Positions 45,594-54,388 of a DNA stretch of 64,000 nucleotides are shown piece by piece (the first letter of the stretch is position 1; every line of letters begins with the position of its first letter). Origin of the DNA: an uncultured Candidatus Saccharibacteria bacterium (GTDB taxonomy: Bacteria > Patescibacteriota > Minisyncoccia > Phycocordibacterales > UBA918); assembly GCA_964601615.1 (NCBI GenBank), contig CAZRNZ010000002.1, positions 73,339 to 137,338 of the forward strand, written 5' to 3'. The notes under the pieces are model-generated. The model ran no database searches. It worked only from the letters and a program-made list of their open reading frames with translations, and was not told the origin of the DNA. Both the position numbers and the translations under genes were made by a program.

Positions 45594-45704
45594 AAGGCGG
45601 AGCGTTGTATTTTTCTCTTTTCCTAGAGAAAAATACCGCGAGCCGGGGCAGCAAGTCCTTGTGAACAAAGTGAATTAGGAACTTGCGCGGTTTTCCCGTG
45701 CTCG
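45594..45704 (+). repeat. tRNA-linked repeat, copy C (longest)
   Basis: Matches copy A over the 55-nt core and copy B over the flanking modules. Has an internal 9-bp hairpin tttttctct...agagaaaaa. Confidence 0.7.
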
Positions 45705-45710
45705 CACAAT

Positions 45711-45788
45711 AAAAAACCGACAACTCTTTGAGTTGTCGGTTTTTCTGTATTTATTACTCAAAACAAAAGACCTCTTTTGAGGTCTTTT
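45711..45788. terminator. Two tandem hairpin terminators downstream of hup
   Basis: aaaaaccgacaactctttgagttgtcggttttt and aaaagacctcttttgaggtctttt. Confidence 0.65.
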
Positions 45789-45803
45789 GTTGCATCGCTG
45801 TCA

Positions 45804-46076
45804 TTATTTCACAGCATCCTTAAGTGCTTTGGCGGCACGGAACTTAGGTACGCGCATTGCTGGAACTTCAATTGATTCTCCAGTGCGAGGATTGCGAGCT
45901 GTACGAGCGTCGCGTGACTTGGTAGAGAAAATACCTAGACCAGCGATAGATACTTCCTGACCACTCTTAAGTGTATCAACAACACTGTTGATTACTGTTT
46001 CAACAGCTCTTTCTGCATCAGCTTTTGTTATGTCTAATGATTCGTGTACTTTGTTGATTATGTCTGCCTTATTCAT
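45804..46076 (-). CDS. hup: DNA-binding protein HU
   Basis: 90 aa; MNKADII...[28 protein letters not shown] is the HU arm signature. Confidence 0.93.
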   Translation of the reverse strand: [90 protein letters not shown]

Positions 46077-46254
46077 ACTTAATTAGTGTGTGAGTTTTTA
46101 TAATGGTTACGTCGAGATTTTAATCCCACCTCGCCACAATTGGCTTACAAAACATTATATAGCACTGTTTATTGACTGCAATGACTTGGCAAAAAGAAAT
46201 ATTGTGTTCTTATTTTTGTTAAAAATAAATAACCTATGATAATCTTTTTTAGTT

Positions 46255-46821
46255 ATGTCTTTAAAAATTGGAGTGATGGGAGATCGAGGAAGTTTTTCTG
46301 AAATGGCAGGAGAGTCTTATATTCAAAAGGAAGGTTTGAAGGATGTTGATATTTTGCCTTTAATAACAGCAGAAAATGTTCTGACAGAGTTAGAAAAAGG
46401 AAATATTGAAAGGGGGATATTTCCGATTGAAAACTCAAATGGTGGAATCGTGATTGAGTCAGTTTATGCGATGTCAAAGCATAATTTTAATATTGAAAAA
46501 ATGTTTGAAATTGATATTCATCATAATCTTTTGGTTAAAAAGGGGATAAAAGCTTCAGAGATAAAAACTATAACTTCACATGATCAAGCTCTTAAGCAAT
46601 GTCGTATGTATATTAAAAGAGTCTGGACTGAAGCTGATGTTGTGCCATTTAAGGATACTGCAGCCGCTGCCAAGGCTCTTCATGATGGTGAGTTAGATGC
46701 TTCTACAGCTGTGATTGCTTCAAGGCGAGCAGCTGAGATGTATGATTTGGATATTTTAGAAGAATCAGTGCAGGATTTGAAATATAATTACACCACTTTT
46801 GTGGTAGCTTATAGACAATAG
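46255..46821 (+). CDS. pheA: Prephenate dehydratase catalytic (PDT) domain protein lacking the ACT regulatory domain
   Basis: KIGVMGDRGSFSE, FPIENSNGGIV, TITSHDQALKQC and DTAAAAKAL...AVIASRRAAEMYDL match the four PDT conserved blocks of Bacillus PheA. Confidence 0.75.
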   Translation: MSLKIGVMGDRGSFSEMAGESYIQKEGLKDVDILPLITAENVLTELEKGNIERGIFPIENSNGGIVIESVYAMSKHNFNIEKMFEIDIHHNLLVKKGIKASEIKTITSHDQALKQCRMYIKRVWTEADVVPFKDTAAAAKALHDGELDASTAVIASRRAAEMYDLDILEESVQDLKYNYTTFVVAYRQ

Positions 46822-46836
46822 GTTAATTAAGAATAT

Positions 46837-46871
46837 AAAGAACGGCGGAACCAAAGGTTCCGCCGTTCTTT
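46837..46871. terminator. Bidirectional terminator
   Basis: aaagaacggcggaaccaaaggttccgccgttcttt. Confidence 0.7.
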
Positions 46872-46880
46872 ATTTTATAG

Positions 46881-48410
46881 TTATCTTGCGTAACTAATTA
46901 CTCTTGTTTCCCTAATTACGTGAACTTTAATTTCTCCAGGATAACGCAACTGACTCTCAATGTTAGTTGCAATTGTTCTAGCTAGTTCATGAGTTGCCAG
47001 ATCTGTTAATTTATCTGGATTTACCAAGACTCTAATTTCCCTACCAGCAGAAATTGCAAAAGCTTTTTCAACACCGACTATCGTAGTAGCGATTGCTTCT
47101 AGGTCAGTTAGTCGCTTAATGTAGTTTTCAATTGAATCTCTTCTGGCTCCGGGACGACTTCCTGAAAGGGAGTCGGCTACCTGCACAATAATAGATTCTG
47201 GTGTTTCATAAGGATATTCTTCATGGTGAGCACGCATGGCAAGAATAACTTTTTCATCCACACCATATTTCTGTAATATTCTGATACCAATCTCTACGTG
47301 AGTTCCTTGTACTTCATGACTAACGGTTTTACCGATATCGTGAAGCAAAGCACCTGCTCTAGCAATTGATTCATCAGCACCAATTTCTTTAGCAATAATT
47401 CCAGCAATATGTGCCATTTCTACTGAGTGCCAAAGAACGTTTTGTCCGTAACTTGTTCTAAAATGCAGTCTTCCTAATATAGTTATTAAATCAGGATGAA
47501 GATTTGGAACACCTGCTTCATAAGCAGCTTTTTCACCCATCTGTCTCACAGTCTTCGCAACTTGTTTACGAGCCTCTTCAACAAATTCTTCAATTTTTGC
47601 TGGTTGGATTCTGCCGTCTTTGAGCAACATTTCTAGTGCTACTCTGGCAATTTCACGACGAATTGGGTCGAATGAAGAAAGAATTATATAACCAGGTGTG
47701 TCGTCTATAAGTACATCTACACCAGTTAAACGTTCAAATGCTCTGACGTTCCTTCCTTCTTTTCCAATTACTTTACCTTTTAGGTCATCACTTGGTAGTT
47801 CGACGTTGGCAGTCATGACATTGTTTGGCATTGAGTTACCAACACGATGAATTGCTGCCAAAAGTAAATTACGAGCTTGTTCCTCAAATTGTTCTTCGCC
47901 ACCAACTTCAAGTTTATGGATACGGCTAACTAAATCAGTTTCGCGTTCAATCTCAACTTTTTGGAGAAGTTTTTGATAAGCCTCATCTTTTGAAAGCTTA
48001 GCTATTTCTTCCAATTTAGCATCAAGTTCAGATTCATGTTTGTCGAGACGTGATTTCACTGACTTAACTTCTTCAATTTTTGAACGAACATTTTCAATTT
48101 GTGAATCGACGTCAATTTGTCTTTGATCTAAAAGTTCTTCTTTTTTGTTCAATCTTTCTTCTTTTGTTTCGAGTTTTTCTTCAAGTGCACGACATTCGGC
48201 TTTTGTCTCTTTTTCTAGTTCTTCAGCTTTCAGCTCGGCTTTTTCTATAACTTTGCGAGCTTTTTCATCAGCTTCTAGTGCTTTTTGTTTTAGCTCTAGT
48301 TCTAGTGATGATTTTTTTGATAGAGCGTGCCAATACCTAAGCAAGTATCCAGCTAAGGCTCCAATTATGAGACCAGCGAACGCCGCACCAATAGCGATTA
48401 GTGTCGGCAT
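46881..48410 (-). CDS. rny: Ribonuclease Y
   Basis: N-terminal TM, coiled-coil, KH domain (GKVIGKEGRNVRAFE) and HD domain (HDIGK). Confidence 0.92.
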   Translation of the reverse strand: MPTLIAIGAAFAGLIIGALAGYLLRYWHALSKKSSLELELKQKALEADEKARKVIEKAELKAEELEKETKAECRALEEKLETKEERLNKKEELLDQRQIDVDSQIENVRSKIEEVKSVKSRLDKHESELDAKLEEIAKLSKDEAYQKLLQKVEIERETDLVSRIHKLEVGGEEQFEEQARNLLLAAIHRVGNSMPNNVMTANVELPSDDLKGKVIGKEGRNVRAFERLTGVDVLIDDTPGYIILSSFDPIRREIARVALEMLLKDGRIQPAKIEEFVEEARKQVAKTVRQMGEKAAYEAGVPNLHPDLITILGRLHFRTSYGQNVLWHSVEMAHIAGIIAKEIGADESIARAGALLHDIGKTVSHEVQGTHVEIGIRILQKYGVDEKVILAMRAHHEEYPYETPESIIVQVADSLSGSRPGARRDSIENYIKRLTDLEAIATTIVGVEKAFAISAGREIRVLVNPDKLTDLATHELARTIATNIESQLRYPGEIKVHVIRETRVISYAR

Positions 48411-48489
48411 ATTTTGTTTATTAAATAATTAATCCAGTTTTTCAGTCGTTTCAGATGTACTGCACTTCTACATTAGCAGATTGATGGAT

Positions 48490-48536
48490 AAATGAAAACC
48501 GGGCGACTGTCTTCGACAGTCGCCCGATTTTCATTT
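48490..48536 (-). terminator. clpP terminator
   Basis: aaatgaaaaccgggcgactgtcttcgacagtcgcccgattttcattt. Confidence 0.7.
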
Positions 48537-48537
48537 A

Positions 48538-49140
48538 TTAAGAGTATATTTCGTCTACAATTCCGTAAGCTTTTGATTCTTCTGCATCCATAAAGAAATC
48601 TCTATCAGTATCTTTTTCGATGCGGCTCAGTGTTTGTTTAGTTGCTTTTGCCAAAATCTTGTTCAGTCTGTCGCGAGTTTTAAGGATGTGTTTGGCAGTA
48701 ATCTCGATATCAGAAGCCTGTCCTTGTGCTCCGCCCCATGGCTGATGAATCATTACTTCAGCATTTGGTAGGATAGCTCTTTTTCCTTTTGCTCCTTGAG
48801 ATAAGATAACTGATCCCATGGAAGCAGCAATTCCAACACAGACTGTCGCCACGTCAGGTTTGATATGGTTCATTGTGTCTACAATAGAAAGTCCAGCCGT
48901 AACACTTCCTCCTGGGCTATTTATATACAGATAAATATCTTTCTTTGGGTCTTCGGCCTCTAGAAAAAGTAATTGCGCCACTACCAGATTTGCCATGTAG
49001 TCGTCGATTGGCCCAGTAACGAAGATAATTCTCTCTTTTAAAAGTCTCGAATAAATATCAAAAGCACGCTCTCCACCAATGGTCTTTTCTACCACCATCG
49101 GTACAAGTTGGCTTTTAGGATTAAGGTTCTTTATTTCCAT
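48538..49140 (-). CDS. clpP: ATP-dependent Clp protease proteolytic subunit
   Basis: Catalytic Ser context GIAASMGS, plus His and Asp contexts. 200 aa. Confidence 0.95.
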   Translation of the reverse strand: MEIKNLNPKSQLVPMVVEKTIGGERAFDIYSRLLKERIIFVTGPIDDYMANLVVAQLLFLEAEDPKKDIYLYINSPGGSVTAGLSIVDTMNHIKPDVATVCVGIAASMGSVILSQGAKGKRAILPNAEVMIHQPWGGAQGQASDIEITAKHILKTRDRLNKILAKATKQTLSRIEKDTDRDFFMDAEESKAYGIVDEIYS

Positions 49141-49186
49141 ATTTCAATTGTCTGAACTCTGATAGTAACAGAATTTTTTTAAATAT

Positions 49187-49217
49187 AAAGAGGCGCGGGC
49201 TTCGCCCGCGCCTCTTT
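49187..49217 (-). terminator. tig terminator
   Basis: aaagaggcgcgggcttcgcccgcgcctcttt. Confidence 0.7.
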
Positions 49218-49235
49218 ATATTTATCTTTGTAAAC

Positions 49236-50366
49236 CTAAACGGTCTCCAAGAATTTCATCACTGCTTCATTTTGTAATACTGAAGCAACATAAATCTTTA
49301 CTCTGGCTGGATCAGCATTTTTGTAGTGCTCAAGTAAGTGTTTTACTTCTGCATTCAAAGCCTCTTCATCTGGAGTAATGTTCTCCTTTTTGGCAATTTC
49401 ATTCAATACCAACTGCAAGCGCGCTCGTTTTTCAGCAGCTGGTGTCCATTCTGTCTTAAGATCCTCGCGCGTCTTCTTTACATGAGAAAGATAATCATCA
49501 ATCTTCAGACCTGCTCTTTGAATGTCTTCTTCCATTTGAGAAAACATTTGAGCAATCTCTGTATCAATTAAGATTTGGGGTAGTTCAAATTTACTATCTT
49601 CGATAATCTTATCAGTCAAATTAGCGCGATGTTTTGCTTCAGCTTCTCTGGTCTTTTCAATACCAAAATGCTCGCGAAGCTTAGTCTTGAAATCTTCAAC
49701 GTTCTCAAATTGTCCTGGATTTCCAAGAGTCTTTACCAAATCATCAGTCAACTCAGGAATTGGTAAGTCATTGATATCTTCAATTGGTTTTCCTTCCTCA
49801 TCATGTGCTGGGCCTTCATGTACAGTTCCATCAGCATGAGTATGTGTTTCCTTTTCACCAGCTGCTGCTTTCTTCTGAAGTCTTTCGTAAGCTGCTTTTT
49901 GGCGAAGGATATTTTTAATTTGTTCTTCTAATTCTTCGTCAGTAATAGTTACTTCGCCTTTGTTTTTATTAGTATCTTTGGCAATTTTTTTGTAGTCAGC
50001 TAAAGAAATCTCTGGCAAAACAGCCACTGTAGCTTTGAATCCAAGTGGATTTTCTGGAGCAATTTTAGTTATTTCAATTTTTGGATAACCAATTGCTTCT
50101 AGGTTGTGCTCCTTAACTATTTCTGGGTAAGTGGCAGAAATGGCACGTTCTGCCATTTCAGACAAAATTGCCATTTCTCCAACCTTAGAAACAATAATGT
50201 TTTCTGGTACGTGACCTTCACGAAAACCGTCTATTTTAATACTTTTCCCTAGAGCTTTTACGCTAGGTGCACGATGTTTTTGTAGTTCCTCAAAAGGAAT
50301 CTCACCCTCTATTTTTACTTGTGAGTTAGCTTCCTTGGTTACAGAAAATTTCTTTATAAAATCCAT
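49236..50366 (-). CDS. tig: Trigger factor
   Basis: N-terminal ribosome-binding domain (MDFIKKFSVTKEANSQVKIEGEIP) and the GFREGHVP signature motif. tig-clpP order conserved. Confidence 0.88.
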   Translation of the reverse strand: MDFIKKFSVTKEANSQVKIEGEIPFEELQKHRAPSVKALGKSIKIDGFREGHVPENIIVSKVGEMAILSEMAERAISATYPEIVKEHNLEAIGYPKIEITKIAPENPLGFKATVAVLPEISLADYKKIAKDTNKNKGEVTITDEELEEQIKNILRQKAAYERLQKKAAAGEKETHTHADGTVHEGPAHDEEGKPIEDINDLPIPELTDDLVKTLGNPGQFENVEDFKTKLREHFGIEKTREAEAKHRANLTDKIIEDSKFELPQILIDTEIAQMFSQMEEDIQRAGLKIDDYLSHVKKTREDLKTEWTPAAEKRARLQLVLNEIAKKENITPDEEALNAEVKHLLEHYKNADPARVKIYVASVLQNEAVMKFLETV

Positions 50367-50395
50367 AGGGTCGAATTAAACCATAAGGAGACAAA

Positions 50396-50432
50396 AAAAC
50401 AAAACCAGCGTAATTTTACGCTGGTTTTGTTT
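50396..50432 (-). terminator. Terminator
   Basis: aaaacaaaaccagcgtaattttacgctggttttgtttt. Confidence 0.65.
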
Positions 50433-51095
50433 TTACTGAGAAGTTGTGGTTGTTGTTGGTCTTGAATTTATATCTGCTTCTATATTATCAAAAGTACTTT
50501 CAAGGTTTTGGATATTTACAGCTCTTAGTTCAGATTCAATTGAGTTAAGTTCGTTTATTATCTGTTCGTAATTAGGGCCTATCTCTTCCGGAAGCGGTGG
50601 TAATTCAATGGTAGTTTCTGGCAGGATTAAGTTTATTAGTTCTTCACCAAATAAAATTACTGCCCCTAAAATTCCTATTAATACAATTAAACAAAATATC
50701 AAAAGTGGACTAAGTAATCTATTTGAGGATACCTTTGATGATTTTAAACTACCGTTAGAATCTTCTTCTGGATATTTTAATTCAGATTCTGGTATCAAAG
50801 GAGCGCTATTGGGGATCGATGATGTAAATGCTGTCTGTGTAGTAGGGCTAGTTTGAGTATTCTGAGTAGGTGGTGTTGGAATGACTGCAGATATTTGTGT
50901 TTGTAGATTTGGTGTTGATGCAGGTGTGTTAATTGTTGGATTTGGAGTTTGTTCTGCTTCTTGTGTAATTGGAGATGTTTGGATAAAGCTCGATTGAGGT
51001 TCGGTCGGCAAAGATTGTATCTCTGGTTCAGTTGGAATTATATTTTGTGGGACATTATTTGTTTGTGTAGTCCCATTTTCATCTTTTGGTGGCAT
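50433..51095 (-). CDS. Pro/Thr-rich membrane protein (single TM)
   Basis: Low-complexity P/T/Q N-terminal half, one TM (LLSPLLIFCLIVLIGILGAVILFG), short C-domain. Confidence 0.45.
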   Translation of the reverse strand: MPPKDENGTTQTNNVPQNIIPTEPEIQSLPTEPQSSFIQTSPITQEAEQTPNPTINTPASTPNLQTQISAVIPTPPTQNTQTSPTTQTAFTSSIPNSAPLIPESELKYPEEDSNGSLKSSKVSSNRLLSPLLIFCLIVLIGILGAVILFGEELINLILPETTIELPPLPEEIGPNYEQIINELNSIESELRAVNIQNLESTFDNIEADINSRPTTTTTSQ

Positions 51096-51099
51096 GTTA

Positions 51100-51816
51100 C
51101 TAGTTGTTTAGATTGGTATTTTCTGCTGTATTAACGGAGTCTTTAAGTGAAGAAGTTGTTTCAGTTAAAAGATTTTTTGTGTCATTTAATATGTCGTTAA
51201 TCATTCGTAAATGATTCTCAGTTTCTAGCCATTCCTGACTTGGGTTTTTAGAATTAATTAAGTATTCAGTATTAACATCTATGTTTCTTAAGGCAGATAC
51301 AGATAAGTTGATTAATTTGTTAGACATTTCCAATGAATTAGATTGGCCGATTATATCTATATTATTAGAAGTTATATTAGTTTGTTGGCTACCTAGTTTA
51401 TTTGATAGGTCTTTCAATTTTTCAGAAGTGTTCGATAAATAAGATACTATACTATTTATTCGTTGTGATACTGATGATTGAGATTCTTCTGTAAGTAATG
51501 AAGTATTACTAGTGGTTGTGCCAGATAGTTCAACTATCTTAATATTTAAATTATTTTCCCACGCACTTATTTTTTGTGAATAATCAAGGTATTTTTGCTC
51601 ATAAGGATTGTTCGTTGTAAATTGCGTTTCAGCAACATTTTCCTCAGTTTTTTCTAATACTGAGTTCTCAGAAGTTGTGCTTACTGTAATAGGTTCTTGA
51701 TTTGTGGTTGTTGCATTTTGTGCAGAAACTTGTGAAGCAATCAGAAATACCAAAGCCGTTAATAGTATTGATAAGATTGCTGAGTAAATATTAAGTGGTT
51801 TTTGTTGTTTATACAT
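51100..51816 (-). CDS. Membrane-anchored N/S/T-rich extracytoplasmic protein
   Basis: N-terminal TM then a coiled-coil-like N/S/T-rich domain. Confidence 0.45.
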   Translation of the reverse strand: MYKQQKPLNIYSAILSILLTALVFLIASQVSAQNATTTNQEPITVSTTSENSVLEKTEENVAETQFTTNNPYEQKYLDYSQKISAWENNLNIKIVELSGTTTSNTSLLTEESQSSVSQRINSIVSYLSNTSEKLKDLSNKLGSQQTNITSNNIDIIGQSNSLEMSNKLINLSVSALRNIDVNTEYLINSKNPSQEWLETENHLRMINDILNDTKNLLTETTSSLKDSVNTAENTNLNN

Positions 51817-51886
51817 AATTTATAATCCCTAGTAAGACTTATTTTACAGAGACACTTTTACCATCTGGTAATTAAGAGTCATTATA

Positions 51887-51917
51887 AAACGAGCGGGCGC
51901 TTTGCGCCCGCTCGTTT
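51887..51917 (-). terminator. ppa terminator
   Basis: aaaacgagcgggcgctttgcgcccgctcgttt. Confidence 0.65.
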
Positions 51918-51933
51918 ATTAACACTTCCTAAA

Positions 51934-52452
51934 TTATTTACTTTCTTCGTACATTTTACGACTTTTTTCAAAAGCCTCTTTTGCTACTTGTGCACCACTC
52001 CATTCACCAACCATTACTTCCTTGTTTTGAACTTTTTTGTAAGTTTCAAAGAAGTGAGACATTTCTTTCTTAAAGTGAGGATTTAAATCAGAAATATCTT
52101 TGATGTTGTCAAAACGAGGATCTTCTAGTGGTACAGCCACAACCTTGTCGTCACGTTCTCCATCGTCTGTCATTTCCATAATAGCGATAGGACGAGCTTT
52201 TACTAAGATTCCTGGAGCTAATGGGTAAGTAGTAATTAGTACTACATCTAGTGCATCTCCATCATCAAATAATGTCTGTGGTACAAATCCGTAATCAAAT
52301 GGATAGTCTTGTGCTGTGTGCATTACTCGGTCGAGAGCGATAATTCCTGTTTCTTTATCAATCTCATATTTGTTCTTAGAGAACTTAGGGATTTCGATAA
52401 TAACATTCATTTCATCAGCACTACCGGCTGGAATATCGTGAAGTAAATTCAT
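51934..52452 (-). CDS. ppa: Inorganic pyrophosphatase (family I)
   Basis: DYPFDYGFVPQTLFDDGDALDVVLI active-site block. Confidence 0.93.
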   Translation of the reverse strand: MNLLHDIPAGSADEMNVIIEIPKFSKNKYEIDKETGIIALDRVMHTAQDYPFDYGFVPQTLFDDGDALDVVLITTYPLAPGILVKARPIAIMEMTDDGERDDKVVAVPLEDPRFDNIKDISDLNPHFKKEMSHFFETYKKVQNKEVMVGEWSGAQVAKEAFEKSRKMYEESK

Positions 52453-52476
52453 TTTTTGTTTAAATTAAAGGTTTTC

Positions 52477-53820
52477 TTAACTTAATTCTTCCTCAGCTTC
52501 TTCTGGTGTATCAACTTCATCTGCTTCGTCCATATCTAGAGAATCTCTGTCCGAAGTTGGTTCGTCAGATACTTCATTTTCAGAAACAACTTCAATACCT
52601 TCTTCTGGTGAGGAGGTCTCCACAGCTTCTGTTGGAGTTTCCTTAATTTCCTCTGAATCAGCTTCTGCCAATTCTTCTCCCTTAGCTGAGACAATATCAA
52701 GTTTCCAGCCAGTGAGCTTTGCTGCTAGACGAACATTTTGTCCGCCACGACCAATCGCTAGAGACTGTTGATCAGGCGCAACCTCAACGATTGCGTGCCC
52801 ATGAGTGCCAGCAATGTCGTCTGGTTCTGATTCAATTTTTACTGACAGAACACGAGCTGGAGAAAGTGAATCCTCGATAAAATCGTTGATATCTGCAGAC
52901 CACTCAATTATGTCTATTTTTTCACCACCGAGTTCACTCATTACAGTAGCAACACGCACTCCACGCTGGCCAACTAATGACCCAACTGGATCTAGATGTT
53001 GATCTTTTGAGAAAACTGCAATTTTAGAACGACTACCAGCTTCACGGGCAATACTCTTAATTTCTACTGCACCGGTCTGTAGTTCTGGAGCTTCAATAGT
53101 AAACAAGGCAGATAAGAAATCAGGGTGTGATCGAGAAAGACGAATAAAGATTCCACGAGGGGTTTCTTCCACGCGAAGTAAAATAGCGCGAATTCTTTCT
53201 CCTGGTTTAAATCTTTCTCCAGGAATTTGCTCTTCGTAAGGTATTACAGCGGTAATACGTCCAAGGTCTACAAATAGGTTTCCTCTTTCAAATCGTTGTA
53301 CATGGCCATTTACGATATCGCCTTCTTTTTGTCCAAATTCAGCTAAAGCTGCGTCACGTTCAGCCTCACGTACTTTCTGGATGATAACTTGTTTAGCTGT
53401 TTGGGCTGCAATACGTCCAAAATCATCTTTTGGCTCAAGTGGAAAAATCATTTCTTCACCAGGAACAACATCTTTTTTGATAAAGCGGGCATTATCAATC
53501 ATGATGTGTTTTTCTGGATCAAAGCGAACTTTTCTATCTTCTGACGGAAGAATTTCTTCGTCCTCCGCTTCTTCTTCATCAAACTCTTCGTCTTCAGGCT
53601 TAAGCATAGTTTCATCAACTACTATTTTTACCTGCTCAAAGTCAGTTGTTCCGGTAGCTGTGTCAAAGCTGGAACGGATTATTTGTCCTTTTTTACCAAA
53701 TTCCTTCTTATATGCAGTCGCCAAAGCCTGCTCGATTGCTTCGAACATCTTTTGTTTTGGGATTCCGCGCTCTTCTTCCATCTCAGCTAATACTGAGTTG
53801 ATTACCTTTAAATCAAACAT
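52477..53820 (-). CDS. nusA: Transcription termination/antitermination factor NusA with an acidic C-terminal tail
   Basis: N-terminal domain, S1 domain (GDIVNGHVQRFERGNLFVDLG), two KH domains, then an about 70-aa D/E-rich tail. Confidence 0.92.
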   Translation of the reverse strand: MFDLKVINSVLAEMEEERGIPKQKMFEAIEQALATAYKKEFGKKGQIIRSSFDTATGTTDFEQVKIVVDETMLKPEDEEFDEEEAEDEEILPSEDRKVRFDPEKHIMIDNARFIKKDVVPGEEMIFPLEPKDDFGRIAAQTAKQVIIQKVREAERDAALAEFGQKEGDIVNGHVQRFERGNLFVDLGRITAVIPYEEQIPGERFKPGERIRAILLRVEETPRGIFIRLSRSHPDFLSALFTIEAPELQTGAVEIKSIAREAGSRSKIAVFSKDQHLDPVGSLVGQRGVRVATVMSELGGEKIDIIEWSADINDFIEDSLSPARVLSVKIESEPDDIAGTHGHAIVEVAPDQQSLAIGRGGQNVRLAAKLTGWKLDIVSAKGEELAEADSEEIKETPTEAVETSSPEEGIEVVSENEVSDEPTSDRDSLDMDEADEVDTPEEAEEELS

Positions 53821-54023
53821 AATTATTGAAAATAGCTAATAAATTGGCCATTGTACGACTTGTTAAAATGAAAGCCCGGCCGAAGGGCCGAGCATTTCTG
53901 TCGTGTTTTCAATATAACACGGGTTTTGCAAGATGCAAATCAATAGAGCTGGGCCATTTTATACATTGACTTTTGGGTTAATTTATGCTATCATAGTGAG
54001 AGATAGTGTTCTTGTGGAGATAA

Positions 54024-54236
54024 GTGATGCGTACTGCCACTGTGACCAATGAAGATCGTTATTCTTTTGCTGATTTCATCAAGGATGGAGCAGCTCTTCT
54101 TTCGCTAGTTGCTTTTGTGGCAGCTTTCCTCTTTTTTGCCGACGGCATGATTGAGGCCAAAGGTCAGTCAGACCAAGACGTCGCAATCTCTTATGGTTCA
54201 ATCTCTGAACTCATTGCCGATATCGAGGTTCAGTAA
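54024..54236 (+). CDS. Small hypothetical membrane protein (70 aa)
   Basis: One hydrophobic helix, followed by two tandem terminators at 54255-54281 and 54296-54320. Confidence 0.35.
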   Translation: MMRTATVTNEDRYSFADFIKDGAALLSLVAFVAAFLFFADGMIEAKGQSDQDVAISYGSISELIADIEVQ

Positions 54237-54388
54237 TTTGTTACCTATATCCTAAAGCCAGTCTTATTTAGACTGGCTTTTCTTTTTTATAGATAAGGGC
54301 GCGGCAAAGCCGCGCCCTTTCTGTTGGCAATTCACTCATATTCCAACAAGATGGTGATACAATTTATATATAAATATTTTGGAGGGAA

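Noticed and set aside
39044-45704. Integrated prophage or ICE at the tRNA genes
   Set aside because: No integrase, recombinase, relaxase or phage structural genes are present. The tRNA-linked repeats start 40-95 nt after the tRNA rather than overlapping the 3-prime end as att sites do.
53821-54023. Hairpin gcccggccgaagggccgagc upstream of nusA as a terminator
   Set aside because: It lies upstream of the nusA start with no convergent gene. The stem is imperfect and lacks a U-tract. It is more likely a leader structure or coincidental.
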